Shown here one piece after another: positions 19,009 to 27,802 of a DNA stretch of 64,000 nt. Below the pieces are notes generated by a model. That model did not search any database. It worked only from the letters and a program-made list of their open reading frames with translations, and had not been told where the DNA came from. The DNA is from Novosphingobium sp. UBA6272 (lineage in GTDB: Bacteria > Pseudomonadota > Alphaproteobacteria > Sphingomonadales > Sphingomonadaceae): assembly GCF_002440635.1 (NCBI RefSeq), contig NZ_DJUW01000006.1, positions 29,016-93,015 of the forward strand. Reading direction: 5' to 3'. Each line of letters begins with the position of its first letter. Position 1 is the stretch's first letter. The position numbers and the translations under genes were made by a program.

Positions 19009-19761
19009 ATGGACTTACTGGCCGATCCCTTCACCCTGACCATGGCGGTGCTGGCCGTCATGATCCTTGGGCTCGCCAAAGGCGGTTTTTCCGGACTTGG
19101 CGCGCTGGCGACGCCCTTGCTGGCGCTGGCCTTGCCGCCGGTCACCGCCGCTGCGGTCTTGCTGCCGGTGTTGCTGGTCCAGGATGTGGTCAGCGTCAGG
19201 TCTTACCGGAAAAGCTGGGACGGCTGGATCATCGCCTGGATTCTGCCCGGCGCGCTGGTCGGGGTGGCGCTGGCCGCACTGCTCGCCTCGGCCGTGCCCG
19301 AGGAACGGCTGCTGGTGGTGCTCGGCGCGATCACCCTGGCCTTCGGGCTCTACCGGTTGTGGATCGAGCGCGGCGGGCGGATCGTTGCCGCTTCGAATTC
19401 GCCCGGCTGGGTCGGAACCCTGTTCGGAGTAGCGACCGGCTTCACCAGCCAGATCGCCCATGCCGGCGGGCCGCCGTTCCAGATGTGGGTCACCCCGCGC
19501 CGCCTGCCGCACCAGACCTTCGTCGGCACCAGTTCGCTGACTTTCGCCGCGATCAACTGGATGAAGGTGCCGAGCTACCTGCTGCTCGGTTCGTTCGACC
19601 GCAGGGTGCTGGAGGCTTCGGCACTGCTGGTGCCGCTGGCGATCGTCGCGACCCTGGCCGGGGTCTGGCTGATCCGAAGGCTCGACAGCGCACGATTCTA
19701 TACGCTGATCTACCTGCTGATGGTCGCGCTGGGGGCACGGCTGATCTGGCAGGGTTTCTAG
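19009..19761 (+). CDS. TauE/SafE family sulfite/anion exporter
   Basis: 250-aa polytopic protein with the internal repeat typical of TauE. Confidence 0.8.
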   Translation: MDLLADPFTLTMAVLAVMILGLAKGGFSGLGALATPLLALALPPVTAAAVLLPVLLVQDVVSVRSYRKSWDGWIIAWILPGALVGVALAALLASAVPEERLLVVLGAITLAFGLYRLWIERGGRIVAASNSPGWVGTLFGVATGFTSQIAHAGGPPFQMWVTPRRLPHQTFVGTSSLTFAAINWMKVPSYLLLGSFDRRVLEASALLVPLAIVATLAGVWLIRRLDSARFYTLIYLLMVALGARLIWQGF

Positions 19762-20240
19762 GCTATTCTGCCGAGTAGCCCGCTGGCATTGCGGGCCAGG
19801 CTGGGCGAATCCATCGCCCCTGCCTCACGCGCGACGCTGGCGGCCGTACTGCAGAACTTCGCCGGATTGCGCTGGTTCGAAAACCGGTTGTAAAGCTGCG
19901 TCTGGTGGCGATCGAGCCCCTTGCCGTAGCGACGCTGCTCATTGCTGTAGGCTTGCGCAAGCAGCGCCTTGTGGTGCGAAAGCAGGCGCGCATAATGTGC
20001 TGCAACCGGGGTCCGCCCGCTTCCCCGGCAAGACAGCGCCGCAACGTTGAGCCCGGCGCGCAAGTGCCAGACCGCCTCGCTTGGTTCGACCTGCGGGGCC
20101 GGGCGCATGGCCTGCGTTGGGGGCGGGGCCGAGGTCGCGCGCGGTGGCAACGAATAGCCGCCGTTGACTTGACGATGCGGCTCACCGGCACAGCCGGCCA
20201 GCGCGGCCAGCAGGCCGATGGCGAGTGCGACCCTCGACAT
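19758..20240 (-). CDS. hypothetical lipoprotein
   Basis: Lipobox 'LLAALAGCAG' at the N-terminus. Confidence 0.55.
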   Translation of the reverse strand: MSRVALAIGLLAALAGCAGEPHRQVNGGYSLPPRATSAPPPTQAMRPAPQVEPSEAVWHLRAGLNVAALSCRGSGRTPVAAHYARLLSHHKALLAQAYSNEQRRYGKGLDRHQTQLYNRFSNQRNPAKFCSTAASVAREAGAMDSPSLARNASGLLGRIA

Positions 20241-20355
20241 AACCCTCTCCCTTTTCCCGAGCCTGTGATGCGCGCCGACGGACCGGCGATCAAGCTGGAG
20301 GGAGAATGCCTGCGTCTGGTTGCCCCGCGGTTGCGGTGAATGCTGAATCGCGGAT

Positions 20356-20802
20356 TCAGGCTGCCGATTGGCGGCCCTTGATCAGGCCAATCAGCACCAG
20401 CGCGATCCCGGCAATCGTCGCCAGGGACAAGGCGATCAGCAGAGCGGCCACAAGACCTTCCCGCCATGGCGCGGCGCTGTGTCCGGCCCCGGCGATAGGC
20501 ATGGTCTCGCTGCCCGCGCCCCACATGGCGGCCAGCAAGGTGGCCAGCCAGTTGGCCGTGAAGCCGAACCCGAGCAGGCCCACGGCCCAGCCCCCGGCCC
20601 TTGGCGAAAGCCGCACCATGGGCCAGATCGCGGCCAGGGCGAGCAGCAGCGTCCCGCCCATCATTCCTGCGAGATGCGAGGACAGCCCCATCCGCGGATT
20701 GGCCATCTGTCCCGAAACCAGCCCGGTCAGCAGGCCAATCAGGACCAGAGCCGCACCCAGTATCGCCAGCTGCCGCGCAGATTTACCAGAATTCAGAGCC
20801 AT
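20356..20802 (-). CDS. hypothetical 4-TM membrane protein
   Basis: 148 aa with four hydrophobic segments. No firm family call. Confidence 0.5.
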   Translation of the reverse strand: MALNSGKSARQLAILGAALVLIGLLTGLVSGQMANPRMGLSSHLAGMMGGTLLLALAAIWPMVRLSPRAGGWAVGLLGFGFTANWLATLLAAMWGAGSETMPIAGAGHSAAPWREGLVAALLIALSLATIAGIALVLIGLIKGRQSAA

Positions 20803-20875
20803 TGCCCCGCTCCCCCCAGGTTCGGATATTGCGCCGACTATGCCGGGAAACGGGCAGCGTTGAAAGATGAGGGCT

Positions 20876-22108
20876 TCAATTGTCGCGGACTGGGCTGGTG
20901 CTGTCCATCTGGGGCGTAGTTTTGAGCAGGGCCAGCGCGGCCAGCGTGATCAGTGCGGCGATCGCATAAGGTACGCCCGGGAACTGGAACGGCGCGGCGG
21001 GAGAGGTGAACCAGGCCATCGGCCAGACCAGCACCATCGGGCCCAGGATCGATCCCAGACCCATCATCATCGCGGCGAGGCCCTGCACCTCGCCCTGCGT
21101 TTCCGGAGTGGCCCGGCGCGAAAGCATGGCCATCAGGCTTGGCTGGACCAGCGATTGCACCGCTACCGCCGCCAGCAGGGCGAAGGCGAGCGAGGTCGTC
21201 GAGGTGAAGGCATAGCCAACAAATCCGGCTCCGGCCCCGATCATCCCGACGGTCGCCGCGCCGCGCTCACCCAGACGCCGCACCACGCGGCCGGTCAGCA
21301 GCGTCTGGCTGATGGCAATAACGATCCCGACCGCAGCCAGGCTCAGCCCGATCATCTGGTCCGACCAGCCCAGCGCGGCGATCCCCCAGAAGCTCCAGGT
21401 CAGCGGATAGACCAGGCTGGCGAGCTGCCACAGCAGTAGCACAAGCGCGATCCGGCGCATGCCCAGCGCTTGCCCGGCGGTCTTCCACGCCCCGAACGGG
21501 TTGGCCCGGGCGAGGGTGAAGCGGCGGCGCAGTTCCGGCTTCAGCGTTTCGGGAAAGGCGACCAGGCCATAGAGGAAATTGCCCAGCGACAGCGCGAGGG
21601 CGACCCAGAATGGCGCGCGTTCGCCGTACTGGGCGAGGAGTCCGCCCAGCGCCGGTCCGGCGACAAAGCCAAGCCCGAACCCGGCGGAAACCAGTGCGAA
21701 ATTCTTGGCCCGATCCTCGGGCGCGGTAACATCGGCGATGGCGGCCTGGGCCGGTCCATAGGAGCCGCCGAAGACGCCGGTCAGCACGCGTCCGATCACG
21801 ATCAGCGTCACGCTGCCCGCTACTGCCAGCACCGCATAGTGCGCCGCCATTCCGCCCAGCGCGATCAGCAACACGCGCCGCCGGCCGAACGAATCCGAGA
21901 GGTTCCCCAGGATCGGCGCCGAGAAGAACGCGGCCAGCGCCATCAGCAGGCTCATCCAGGCACCGATCTCGATCGCGGCGTTGAGCTGGATATCGCCGAC
22001 CCGCATCAGCAGCCGCGGCAGCACCGGCATGATCAGTCCGAAGCTCATCGCATCGAGCAGGATCGTGGTGAAGACGAACGGCATCACATGGCGGCGCGGC
22101 TCGATCAT
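20876..22108 (-). CDS. MFS transporter (TetA/TCR-like)
   Basis: 'LDAMSFGLIMPVLPRL' and 'GNLSDSFGRRRVLL' MFS motifs. ATG 22108 overlaps the GNAT stop (ATGA). Confidence 0.8.
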   Translation of the reverse strand: MIEPRRHVMPFVFTTILLDAMSFGLIMPVLPRLLMRVGDIQLNAAIEIGAWMSLLMALAAFFSAPILGNLSDSFGRRRVLLIALGGMAAHYAVLAVAGSVTLIVIGRVLTGVFGGSYGPAQAAIADVTAPEDRAKNFALVSAGFGLGFVAGPALGGLLAQYGERAPFWVALALSLGNFLYGLVAFPETLKPELRRRFTLARANPFGAWKTAGQALGMRRIALVLLLWQLASLVYPLTWSFWGIAALGWSDQMIGLSLAAVGIVIAISQTLLTGRVVRRLGERGAATVGMIGAGAGFVGYAFTSTTSLAFALLAAVAVQSLVQPSLMAMLSRRATPETQGEVQGLAAMMMGLGSILGPMVLVWPMAWFTSPAAPFQFPGVPYAIAALITLAALALLKTTPQMDSTSPVRDN

Positions 22109-22698
22109 CGGCCCGTTGCCATGGTCCAGAAATGGGGTCCGCCACCCGCGACGTCCCATTCGCTGATGATCGCATAGCCAAGCCGCTGGTACAGCCCGAC
22201 ATTGGAGGGGGTCGCCGTTTCCAGCACCGAAGGCACTCCGCGTTTCGCGCCCCGCGCCAGTCCGGTGCGGATCATCGCCCCGCCCAGGCCCTTGCCCTGG
22301 TGCTCGGGATGGACCCCGGCCATCTTGAGATAGATCCACTCCTCGCCCTTCGGGAGGTGCGTGGTGATCCCGTCATCGGTCCGCAGTGCACGCGGCAGGT
22401 GCCTTCCGAAGATCGGCAGGAAGCGCACCGCGCCCGGATGCCACAGCGGTTCGTGGTAATGGACCCGGCCCGGCTCGCGCCACAGCGTCACCGCCGAAAC
22501 CTCGGGCGTGCCCAGCACCAGCCCGATCTTGAGATGCTGATCGACCATCCAGCCGATCAGCCGCGCCAGCCGCCGCGCCCGGCTGGCCGGATCGGGCAGC
22601 ATGTAAACCATCGCCGGATCGTCGTGAAAGGCCGCGGCAAGTGTCGCCACCGCACGGTCACGGTGCGCCGCGCCCAGCTGGATGATCTCGGGTTCCAT
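22105..22698 (-). CDS. GNAT family N-acetyltransferase
   Basis: 'HQGKGLGGAMI' acetyl-CoA binding motif. Confidence 0.75.
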   Translation of the reverse strand: MEPEIIQLGAAHRDRAVATLAAAFHDDPAMVYMLPDPASRARRLARLIGWMVDQHLKIGLVLGTPEVSAVTLWREPGRVHYHEPLWHPGAVRFLPIFGRHLPRALRTDDGITTHLPKGEEWIYLKMAGVHPEHQGKGLGGAMIRTGLARGAKRGVPSVLETATPSNVGLYQRLGYAIISEWDVAGGGPHFWTMATGR

Positions 22699-22752
22699 CG
22701 GCTTGACCTGCCAGCCTTGCAGGACGAGGGCAACCGCCCTAACGAATTGGCC

Positions 22753-23247
22753 ATGGCTTTCCGCTCGTTCCGCCCGCGTCTGCGCGCCTTTCAGTCGATG
22801 CGCGGCTCACCGCCCGATCCGGGCTTCGTGGCCGATCTGGAGTTTCTGGAGAACCGCGATCTGGATCTGTCGATCCGGCTTGGCGCGATGCTCGGCTTCA
22901 ATGCGCTGCTGATCACCATCGGCACCCATCCGGTCTCGGCCAGCCCCGGCGCGCCGCTCAGCCTCGATGCCGCCAGCCAGCCGCTGCTGACCCTGCTCAG
23001 CCTCGTCGGGCTGCTGCCGATCGTCGCGTCTTGTGTTTTCGCGCTCAGGGCCTTGATGCTGGGCGAAGAGTTCGACAGCGAAGGAATTGCCGACGACGAC
23101 GCAGCGCGGCAAAGGCTGTTCGCGACCTTCATCCATTCGATCGACGTCCAGGCCCGCTATCTCGGCCTCGCCATCCGCTCCACTCTCGCTGGCGGAGCAC
23201 TGACCATGCTGTGCTGGGCCGCCATTCTTCTGGTCAAGATCGGATAA
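22753..23247 (+). CDS. hypothetical membrane protein
   Basis: Only the last third of ORF 22132..23247 (from ATG 22753) does not overlap the GNAT gene, and it has 3 hydrophobic segments. Confidence 0.45.
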   Translation: MAFRSFRPRLRAFQSMRGSPPDPGFVADLEFLENRDLDLSIRLGAMLGFNALLITIGTHPVSASPGAPLSLDAASQPLLTLLSLVGLLPIVASCVFALRALMLGEEFDSEGIADDDAARQRLFATFIHSIDVQARYLGLAIRSTLAGGALTMLCWAAILLVKIG

Positions 23248-23250
23248 GCG

Positions 23251-23553
23251 ATGAGCGACGAAGACTATGTCTATGACGAAGATAGCGGCGAATGGCTGCC
23301 GGCTTCGGAACTGGCGGCCAAGCGCGCTGCCGAGGATAGGGTGGAAGTGCGCGACGCGGTCGGCAATCTGCTGGCCGATGGCGATGCGGTGACGCTGATC
23401 AAGGACCTGACCGTCAAGGGCGCAGGCCAGACGCTGAAGCAGGGCACAGTCATTCCCTCGATCCGCCTGACCGGCGATGCGCAGGAGATTGACTGCCGTT
23501 ATCCCGGGATAAAAGGCCTGGTCCTGCGCGCCGAATTCGTGCGCAAGCGCTAG
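23251..23553 (+). CDS. PhnA/YjdM C-terminal-domain protein
   Basis: 'VRDAVGNLLADGDAVTLIKDLTVKG...LRAEFVRK' matches the YjdM C-terminal domain. No N-terminal zinc ribbon. Confidence 0.75.
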   Translation: MSDEDYVYDEDSGEWLPASELAAKRAAEDRVEVRDAVGNLLADGDAVTLIKDLTVKGAGQTLKQGTVIPSIRLTGDAQEIDCRYPGIKGLVLRAEFVRKR

Positions 23554-23557
23554 GTTT

Positions 23558-24487
23558 TCAGCCCCGGCCGAGCAGCCGCCGCATCAGTCCCGGGGTTTCA
23601 GTCACCTCATCGATTGCCTCGGCTTCGGCGCTTTCGAGGCGGCGGCGCAGCGCTGTGCCGGCCGGGCTGACATCGTCTTCGGCTACCAGGCGGCCGCGCT
23701 GGATCAGGTTGAACCGCGACAGGACCGGCAAGGCATCATCTTCGGCTTCGTCCGCGTCATTGACTGGCTTTGCCGCCGGAGCCTGGCGAACCACCGGCCA
23801 GTGGACCGAGACCACTTCAGGGCGCATGTCGATCATGCCGGAAATTACCGGGATCGTTCCGCCCAGGCCATGCCGGTCCAGTTGGACCGCAACCGCCTGG
23901 TGAAAGCGCAGCGCGCGCCACCAGCAGCCCAGCACGAACTCGACATAGCGCAGCGGAGCCGGGGCGGCATCGTTCTCGCGAATGAAGTGGCGCTGCTTGT
24001 GATGGATCAGCGCGGTATTGAGCTCGTCGAGCCCCTCGATCTCGAGGAACGCCTCCAGATCCTCGTCGCGGCCGGCCCAGGCCGGGCTCTCCTCGCGGCA
24101 TTGCTGCAGTGCTTCGCCCGGCTCGGCCCGGGACCAGTCCCAGGCTTCATCGGTGTAAAGGCCCAGCATCATGTAGGGGCGGTGCGTTGACCCCTTCTCG
24201 AAGGCCAGATCGCTTTCGTTGCCCATGGCCACGGTTGCGCCGGTGATCGCTTCGCCTTCGTGAGCGGCCACGGCATCGGCGAGCTCTTCCCAGCCGATGA
24301 TCGCGACCCGGTCGAGGCTGGCCTGGCGGCACAGCCGCATCATCTCGCCGCCGGTCTGGACCAGCGCGCTGCGCAGGATCCGCTCTGCCTCGGCCAGCTC
24401 GCGCCGCTCGAACAGGGCGCGCAGCGTCTCTTCCCAGGCGGCTTCGCCTGCGGCGCTGGCAAATGTGGTTTGCAAGACGTGAGTCAT
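23558..24487 (-). CDS. hypothetical protein (309 aa)
   Basis: ORF at native GC. Start set at ATG 24487 (MTHVLQ). No recognisable family. Confidence 0.5.
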   Translation of the reverse strand: MTHVLQTTFASAAGEAAWEETLRALFERRELAEAERILRSALVQTGGEMMRLCRQASLDRVAIIGWEELADAVAAHEGEAITGATVAMGNESDLAFEKGSTHRPYMMLGLYTDEAWDWSRAEPGEALQQCREESPAWAGRDEDLEAFLEIEGLDELNTALIHHKQRHFIRENDAAPAPLRYVEFVLGCWWRALRFHQAVAVQLDRHGLGGTIPVISGMIDMRPEVVSVHWPVVRQAPAAKPVNDADEAEDDALPVLSRFNLIQRGRLVAEDDVSPAGTALRRRLESAEAEAIDEVTETPGLMRRLLGRG

Positions 24488-24708
24488 GCCCGTTCCCTTC
24501 ACGGCTGGGCCCCAAGCCCCGCCTTTGCGCGCAGGGTAAGGCAAAATGGTCAGCGCCCGGTTAACCGCAGCAAAATTCCTGCCCGGCTGCCGCCTGCTCA
24601 GCGGCGGGGCGCCAGTCAAATTTCCCCCGCGACGCTGCCGTTTGGCCGTGTTAGGCTTCGCGCGCCGGGGCAATCGGGCGATACGGCGCAGCGGGGGAAA
24701 TTCCGGAA

Positions 24709-25065
24709 ATGAGCGAATGGAAAATGGCCAGCGCGCCGTACAGCGACGGCGCGCGCGACCTGACGATGGACCTTAATGCCGATGGCGTATCCGGCACGAT
24801 CGCGGGCAGCGTGGTGTTCAAGGGCACTACCTTCACCGTCTCGGGCGTCTGGGCCGCCGCCGGCAGCGAGCCTGACCGCGACTATACCGTGATCGGCCTG
24901 TCCGGCGCCAATGCATCCAGCCCGACCCGCACCATCGCCCTGGTCGCCACCGTGGTGATGGGCGGCGGCTCGGCCCAGGGCATGGACGTCAACCTGGTCA
25001 CCGCGTCCAGCGCGGATGACACCGAACGCACCTGGGGCGGGGCGGTGCAGGCGATCTCGTACTGA
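24709..25065 (+). CDS. hypothetical small beta-rich protein
   Basis: 118-aa ORF at native GC. No recognisable family. Confidence 0.4.
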   Translation: MSEWKMASAPYSDGARDLTMDLNADGVSGTIAGSVVFKGTTFTVSGVWAAAGSEPDRDYTVIGLSGANASSPTRTIALVATVVMGGGSAQGMDVNLVTASSADDTERTWGGAVQAISY

Positions 25066-25130
25066 ACCTGCCGCGGCAGCGCGGAAGTTCACACAGTTCA
25101 CAGGGTCCATGGCGCGGGAAACACCCTGCG

Positions 25131-25439
25131 TCATTCCGCGTCACCCGCTGTCACCGGGTGTAACCCTGCGTCACCCGGGGTGATCGGCGCGGCGGCCGGA
25201 GGCAGCCCGCGCCCGGCCCGCTCGGCCATGGTCCAGAGCACGGCCAGCTCGGGCCGCCGCGCCCGCAGCCGATAGGCCGATTGCCGGCTCATCCCCGCCG
25301 CCGCCACCGCCGCGCCGACCGATCCGGTGGCATCGAGCATCGCCAGAAACACCTGCAGCCGCAGCGGCGTCCAGCGCCGTGGGTGGAGCGGGTGGATCGA
25401 AGGGTGCTGGCGGGGCGGGCGCTGAGAATGGGCTGGCAT
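25131..25439 (-). CDS. small helix-turn-helix protein
   Basis: 'FLAMLDATGSVGAAVAAAGMSRQSAYRLRAR' is HTH-like. Start at ATG 25439. The upstream part of ORF 25131..25901 is an artefact. Confidence 0.5.
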   Translation of the reverse strand: MPAHSQRPPRQHPSIHPLHPRRWTPLRLQVFLAMLDATGSVGAAVAAAGMSRQSAYRLRARRPELAVLWTMAERAGRGLPPAAAPITPGDAGLHPVTAGDAE

Positions 25440-25641
25440 GGCCCGGATTAAGGCAGATTCGCGCGGTGTAGGAAAATGGATTTCAGGCGATGCGGTGCGG
25501 CGTTGGCCCGCCACGACCAGCTGGGCATCGCTCGCCAGCAGGGCATGGCCGTTGATCGCCCCGATCTCGGCAAGCCGCAGCGCGGCGGATCGGGCCGTCT
25601 GCACGGCTCCGACCCTGCCCCGCCTTTGCTTCGCTGCTGCC

Positions 25642-26211
25642 CTAGTCGGCGATTTCGCAGACCGACATCCGGCCTTCCTGGGTGGTGCGCCATTGCCCGG
25701 TCCAGCGCCCGCCGACGGCATAGGCCGCGACCGGGCATTTGTTCTGGGCGTCGGCCTGGTTCCAGATCGGCCCGGCGTTGACCAGGCGAACCCGCGGCGG
25801 CGGGGGCGGGGGAGGCGGCGGCGGAGCGCTGGCCATGCCGCCCCCGCGGCTCGCCCCGGTAATATCGTAAAGATCGCTGCGCGGACCGCCGCCGGTGCCA
25901 TAGCTGATCTTGCGGCGGAACAGGTCGAGCTGGATCTGCACGTTGCGGCTGGGGTCGTTCAGATAGACCGACCATTCGTCGCGCTGCATCTCGGCAAAGC
26001 GGAACGCCACCTGGCCGCTCCGGTTGAGCTCGGCCCAGCTGCCGTCGGCCTGCCGGACATACTGACCGCCGGCGAACCAGACCGTCCGTACGTTCCAGCC
26101 GTTGACGTCGGTCCCCGGCTGCGCCGCAACCGGCCCCGCCGCCGCCAGCATCAGACCCGCACTGCCCAATCCCGCCAGCGCAAGCGCCAGCGCACCATGA
26201 ATTGCCTTCAT
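25642..26211 (-). CDS. secreted protein with poly-Pro linker and C-terminal Cys-containing lectin-like domain
   Basis: Signal peptide 'MKAIHGALALALAGLGSAG', a P11 run, and C-terminal 'GPIWNQADAQNKCP...WTGQWRTT...MSVCEI', which resembles a mannan-binding-lectin-type domain as I recall it. Confidence 0.6.
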   Translation of the reverse strand: MKAIHGALALALAGLGSAGLMLAAAGPVAAQPGTDVNGWNVRTVWFAGGQYVRQADGSWAELNRSGQVAFRFAEMQRDEWSVYLNDPSRNVQIQLDLFRRKISYGTGGGPRSDLYDITGASRGGGMASAPPPPPPPPPPRVRLVNAGPIWNQADAQNKCPVAAYAVGGRWTGQWRTTQEGRMSVCEIAD

Positions 26212-26331
26212 TCCGGAATTCCCCGTTGTGCCGACGTTGCAGCTGCTTGCGCCTCGTGACCGCAGCCTAGACGGAGCCGTGTGATTGGCAAGTGTGGTGG
26301 GGGAGGGGGTGTTAATGCTTCAAGCGAGGCG

Positions 26332-26640
26332 TCAGGCTGCGTCTTTCAGATCAGCCTCACACTTCAGCCGCATCCCCAGCGCCGCCATCACCTTGAGCAG
26401 CGTGTCGAGCGTCGGATTGCCGTTCTCGCTGAGCGCCGTGTAGAGCGCCTGGCGATTGACCCCGGTCTTGGCGGCCAGCTTGGTCATCCCTTCGCTGCGT
26501 GCGATTACCCCCAGCGCATGGGCGATATAGGGCACATGCCCGCTTTCCAGCGCATCGTTGAGCAGATCGATCACGCCATCGGGCGTGGTGATGTATTTGG
26601 CCGCATCGAACGGCGTGGTTTCAAGCTTTGCCATCATCAA
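26332..26640 (-). CDS. HigA-like addiction-module antidote protein (HTH)
   Basis: 'IAHALGVIARSEGMTKLAAKTGVNRQALYTALSENGNPTLDTLLKV' is typical of the TIGR02684 type. Confidence 0.8.
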   Translation of the reverse strand: MMMAKLETTPFDAAKYITTPDGVIDLLNDALESGHVPYIAHALGVIARSEGMTKLAAKTGVNRQALYTALSENGNPTLDTLLKVMAALGMRLKCEADLKDAA

Positions 26641-26688
26641 TTCCTTTGCCCTGTACTTCCCAAGGGACGGGCTGCCCCTCGCCTGATT

Positions 26689-26931
26689 TCAAATTTCCTT
26701 CGCCAAACGCTTCGCCAGCTTGATCGCCCGATCCTGCCCGCGCTTGTCGCTGCCGCACAGCAGGAACACGATCACCCGGCCGCGGATCGTGTAGTAGAGC
26801 CGATAGCCCGGCCCAAAATCGACCCTGAGCTCGCTGACTCCGTCACCAACCGTCTTCCAATCGCCCAACAGCCCTGACCGCACCCGAACCAGCCGCGTGG
26901 CGATCTTCTCCTTGGCCCGCACGTCGGGCAA
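26689..26931 (-). CDS. RelE/ParE-superfamily (HigB-like 'addiction module killer') toxin, 5' end defective
   Basis: 'GVSELRVDFGPGYRLYYT...LLCGSDKRGQDRAI' toxin core. The homologous frame stays open to 26985, but there is no ATG or GTG, only a TTG at 26931. Confidence 0.6.
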   Translation of the reverse strand: MPDVRAKEKIATRLVRVRSGLLGDWKTVGDGVSELRVDFGPGYRLYYTIRGRVIVFLLCGSDKRGQDRAIKLAKRLAKEI

Positions 26932-27239
26932 ACCATCGAGCCATTCGGCGAACTCGGCGGTTTGCTCGATCTGATATATTGTCGGTTATACACGACGAAT
27001 TGGAGTTTGGGTCAAGGGATGTGCCTGGAGGTTTGGCGAATTGTAACCGAAATCCAGGTGCCCCCGCATCGTCATCCGACATCGGGTCGGTCGATCTGGC
27101 GAGACGACCTTGAACAGCCGGGGGCTGTTCAACCCGTTGCCCTCGACCCGGGATCCCGCTTCCTTCTGCGACGTTGGAATAGGCAGCTGGACCCCGGATC
27201 AAGTCCGGGGTGACGAGTTGGGTTTGGGGGTTGTTGCGG

Positions 27240-27254
27240 CTGTCACCGTTACCC
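27240..27254. repeat. left arm of inverted repeat CTGTCACCGTTACCC
   Basis: Its reverse complement matches 29038..29052 at 14/15 positions. It abuts the stop codon of the 181-aa gene. Confidence 0.55.
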
Positions 27255-27799
27255 TAAGCTGTAAATCTATGGGGAACAGGAAGTAGGACGCGAGACAGAA
27301 AATTAGCGAACCGGAGTTGAAAATTCTCCCGATACATGTCGTTTAGGATGCAGCGCCGCTGAACCTCCGCAGCGTTGATCTGACGATAGAGTTCGTTCGT
27401 TGCTAAGCAAAAAACAGACCTGAAGTCAAAAGTCAGACTCGGCAACCCAACGGCGGCAGAATCTCTCTCGGGGGGTACCGCAGAGAACAATTGAAACCGC
27501 TCGTTCTTGTTATTCTCGACGGGCTTCCAAAGATCCCGACCGCCGATGCTAGCTTTTATGGATGTTGATAGCTGACCTTCAATCAACAGGATATACTCTA
27601 GATTACCAGCGAGGCCAGATTTTCTCTTATCAAAATCTTGCAAGAGATCGCAGTCTTGATTGACTATTATAGCATATCTCTTAATTTTGGGCTGCACCTC
27701 GTCTTCTTGGGGCAGATAGTCATGAATTGTCAGTCCGCTAAGAATCTCACCTTGGCGAAGTTCCAAATTACCGGAAGGGGAAAATGCCTCTACCGCCAT
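27254..27799 (-). CDS. 181-aa orphan protein (cassette gene C)
   Basis: Low-GC ORF whose ATG lies 3 nt after the gene B stop. It has 'LRQGEIL...YAIIVNQDCDLLQ' and no family I recognise. Confidence 0.7.
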   Translation of the reverse strand: MAVEAFSPSGNLELRQGEILSGLTIHDYLPQEDEVQPKIKRYAIIVNQDCDLLQDFDKRKSGLAGNLEYILLIEGQLSTSIKASIGGRDLWKPVENNKNERFQLFSAVPPERDSAAVGLPSLTFDFRSVFCLATNELYRQINAAEVQRRCILNDMYRENFQLRFANFLSRVLLPVPHRFTA

Positions 27800-27802
27800 C
27801 CG

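Noticed and set aside
22132-22752. N-terminal two-thirds of the 371-aa ORF 22132..23247.
   Set aside because: It is antisense to the well-supported GNAT gene. Only the part from ATG 22753 onward is free-standing and membrane-protein-like.
25795-25830. GC-rich pseudo-tandem repeat (GGCGGCGGGGGCGGGGGAGGCGGCGG), considered as a possible VNTR or CRISPR-like signal.
   Set aside because: It is the antisense of the poly-proline linker codons of the secreted lectin-like protein. There is no spacer-repeat architecture, and I saw no CRISPR array anywhere in the window.
27254-27300. Possible HEPN-like Rx4-6H motif (RVLLPVPH) at the C-terminus of cassette gene C.
   Set aside because: The spacer is proline-rich and cannot be the helical HEPN active-site segment, and there is no other HEPN feature.
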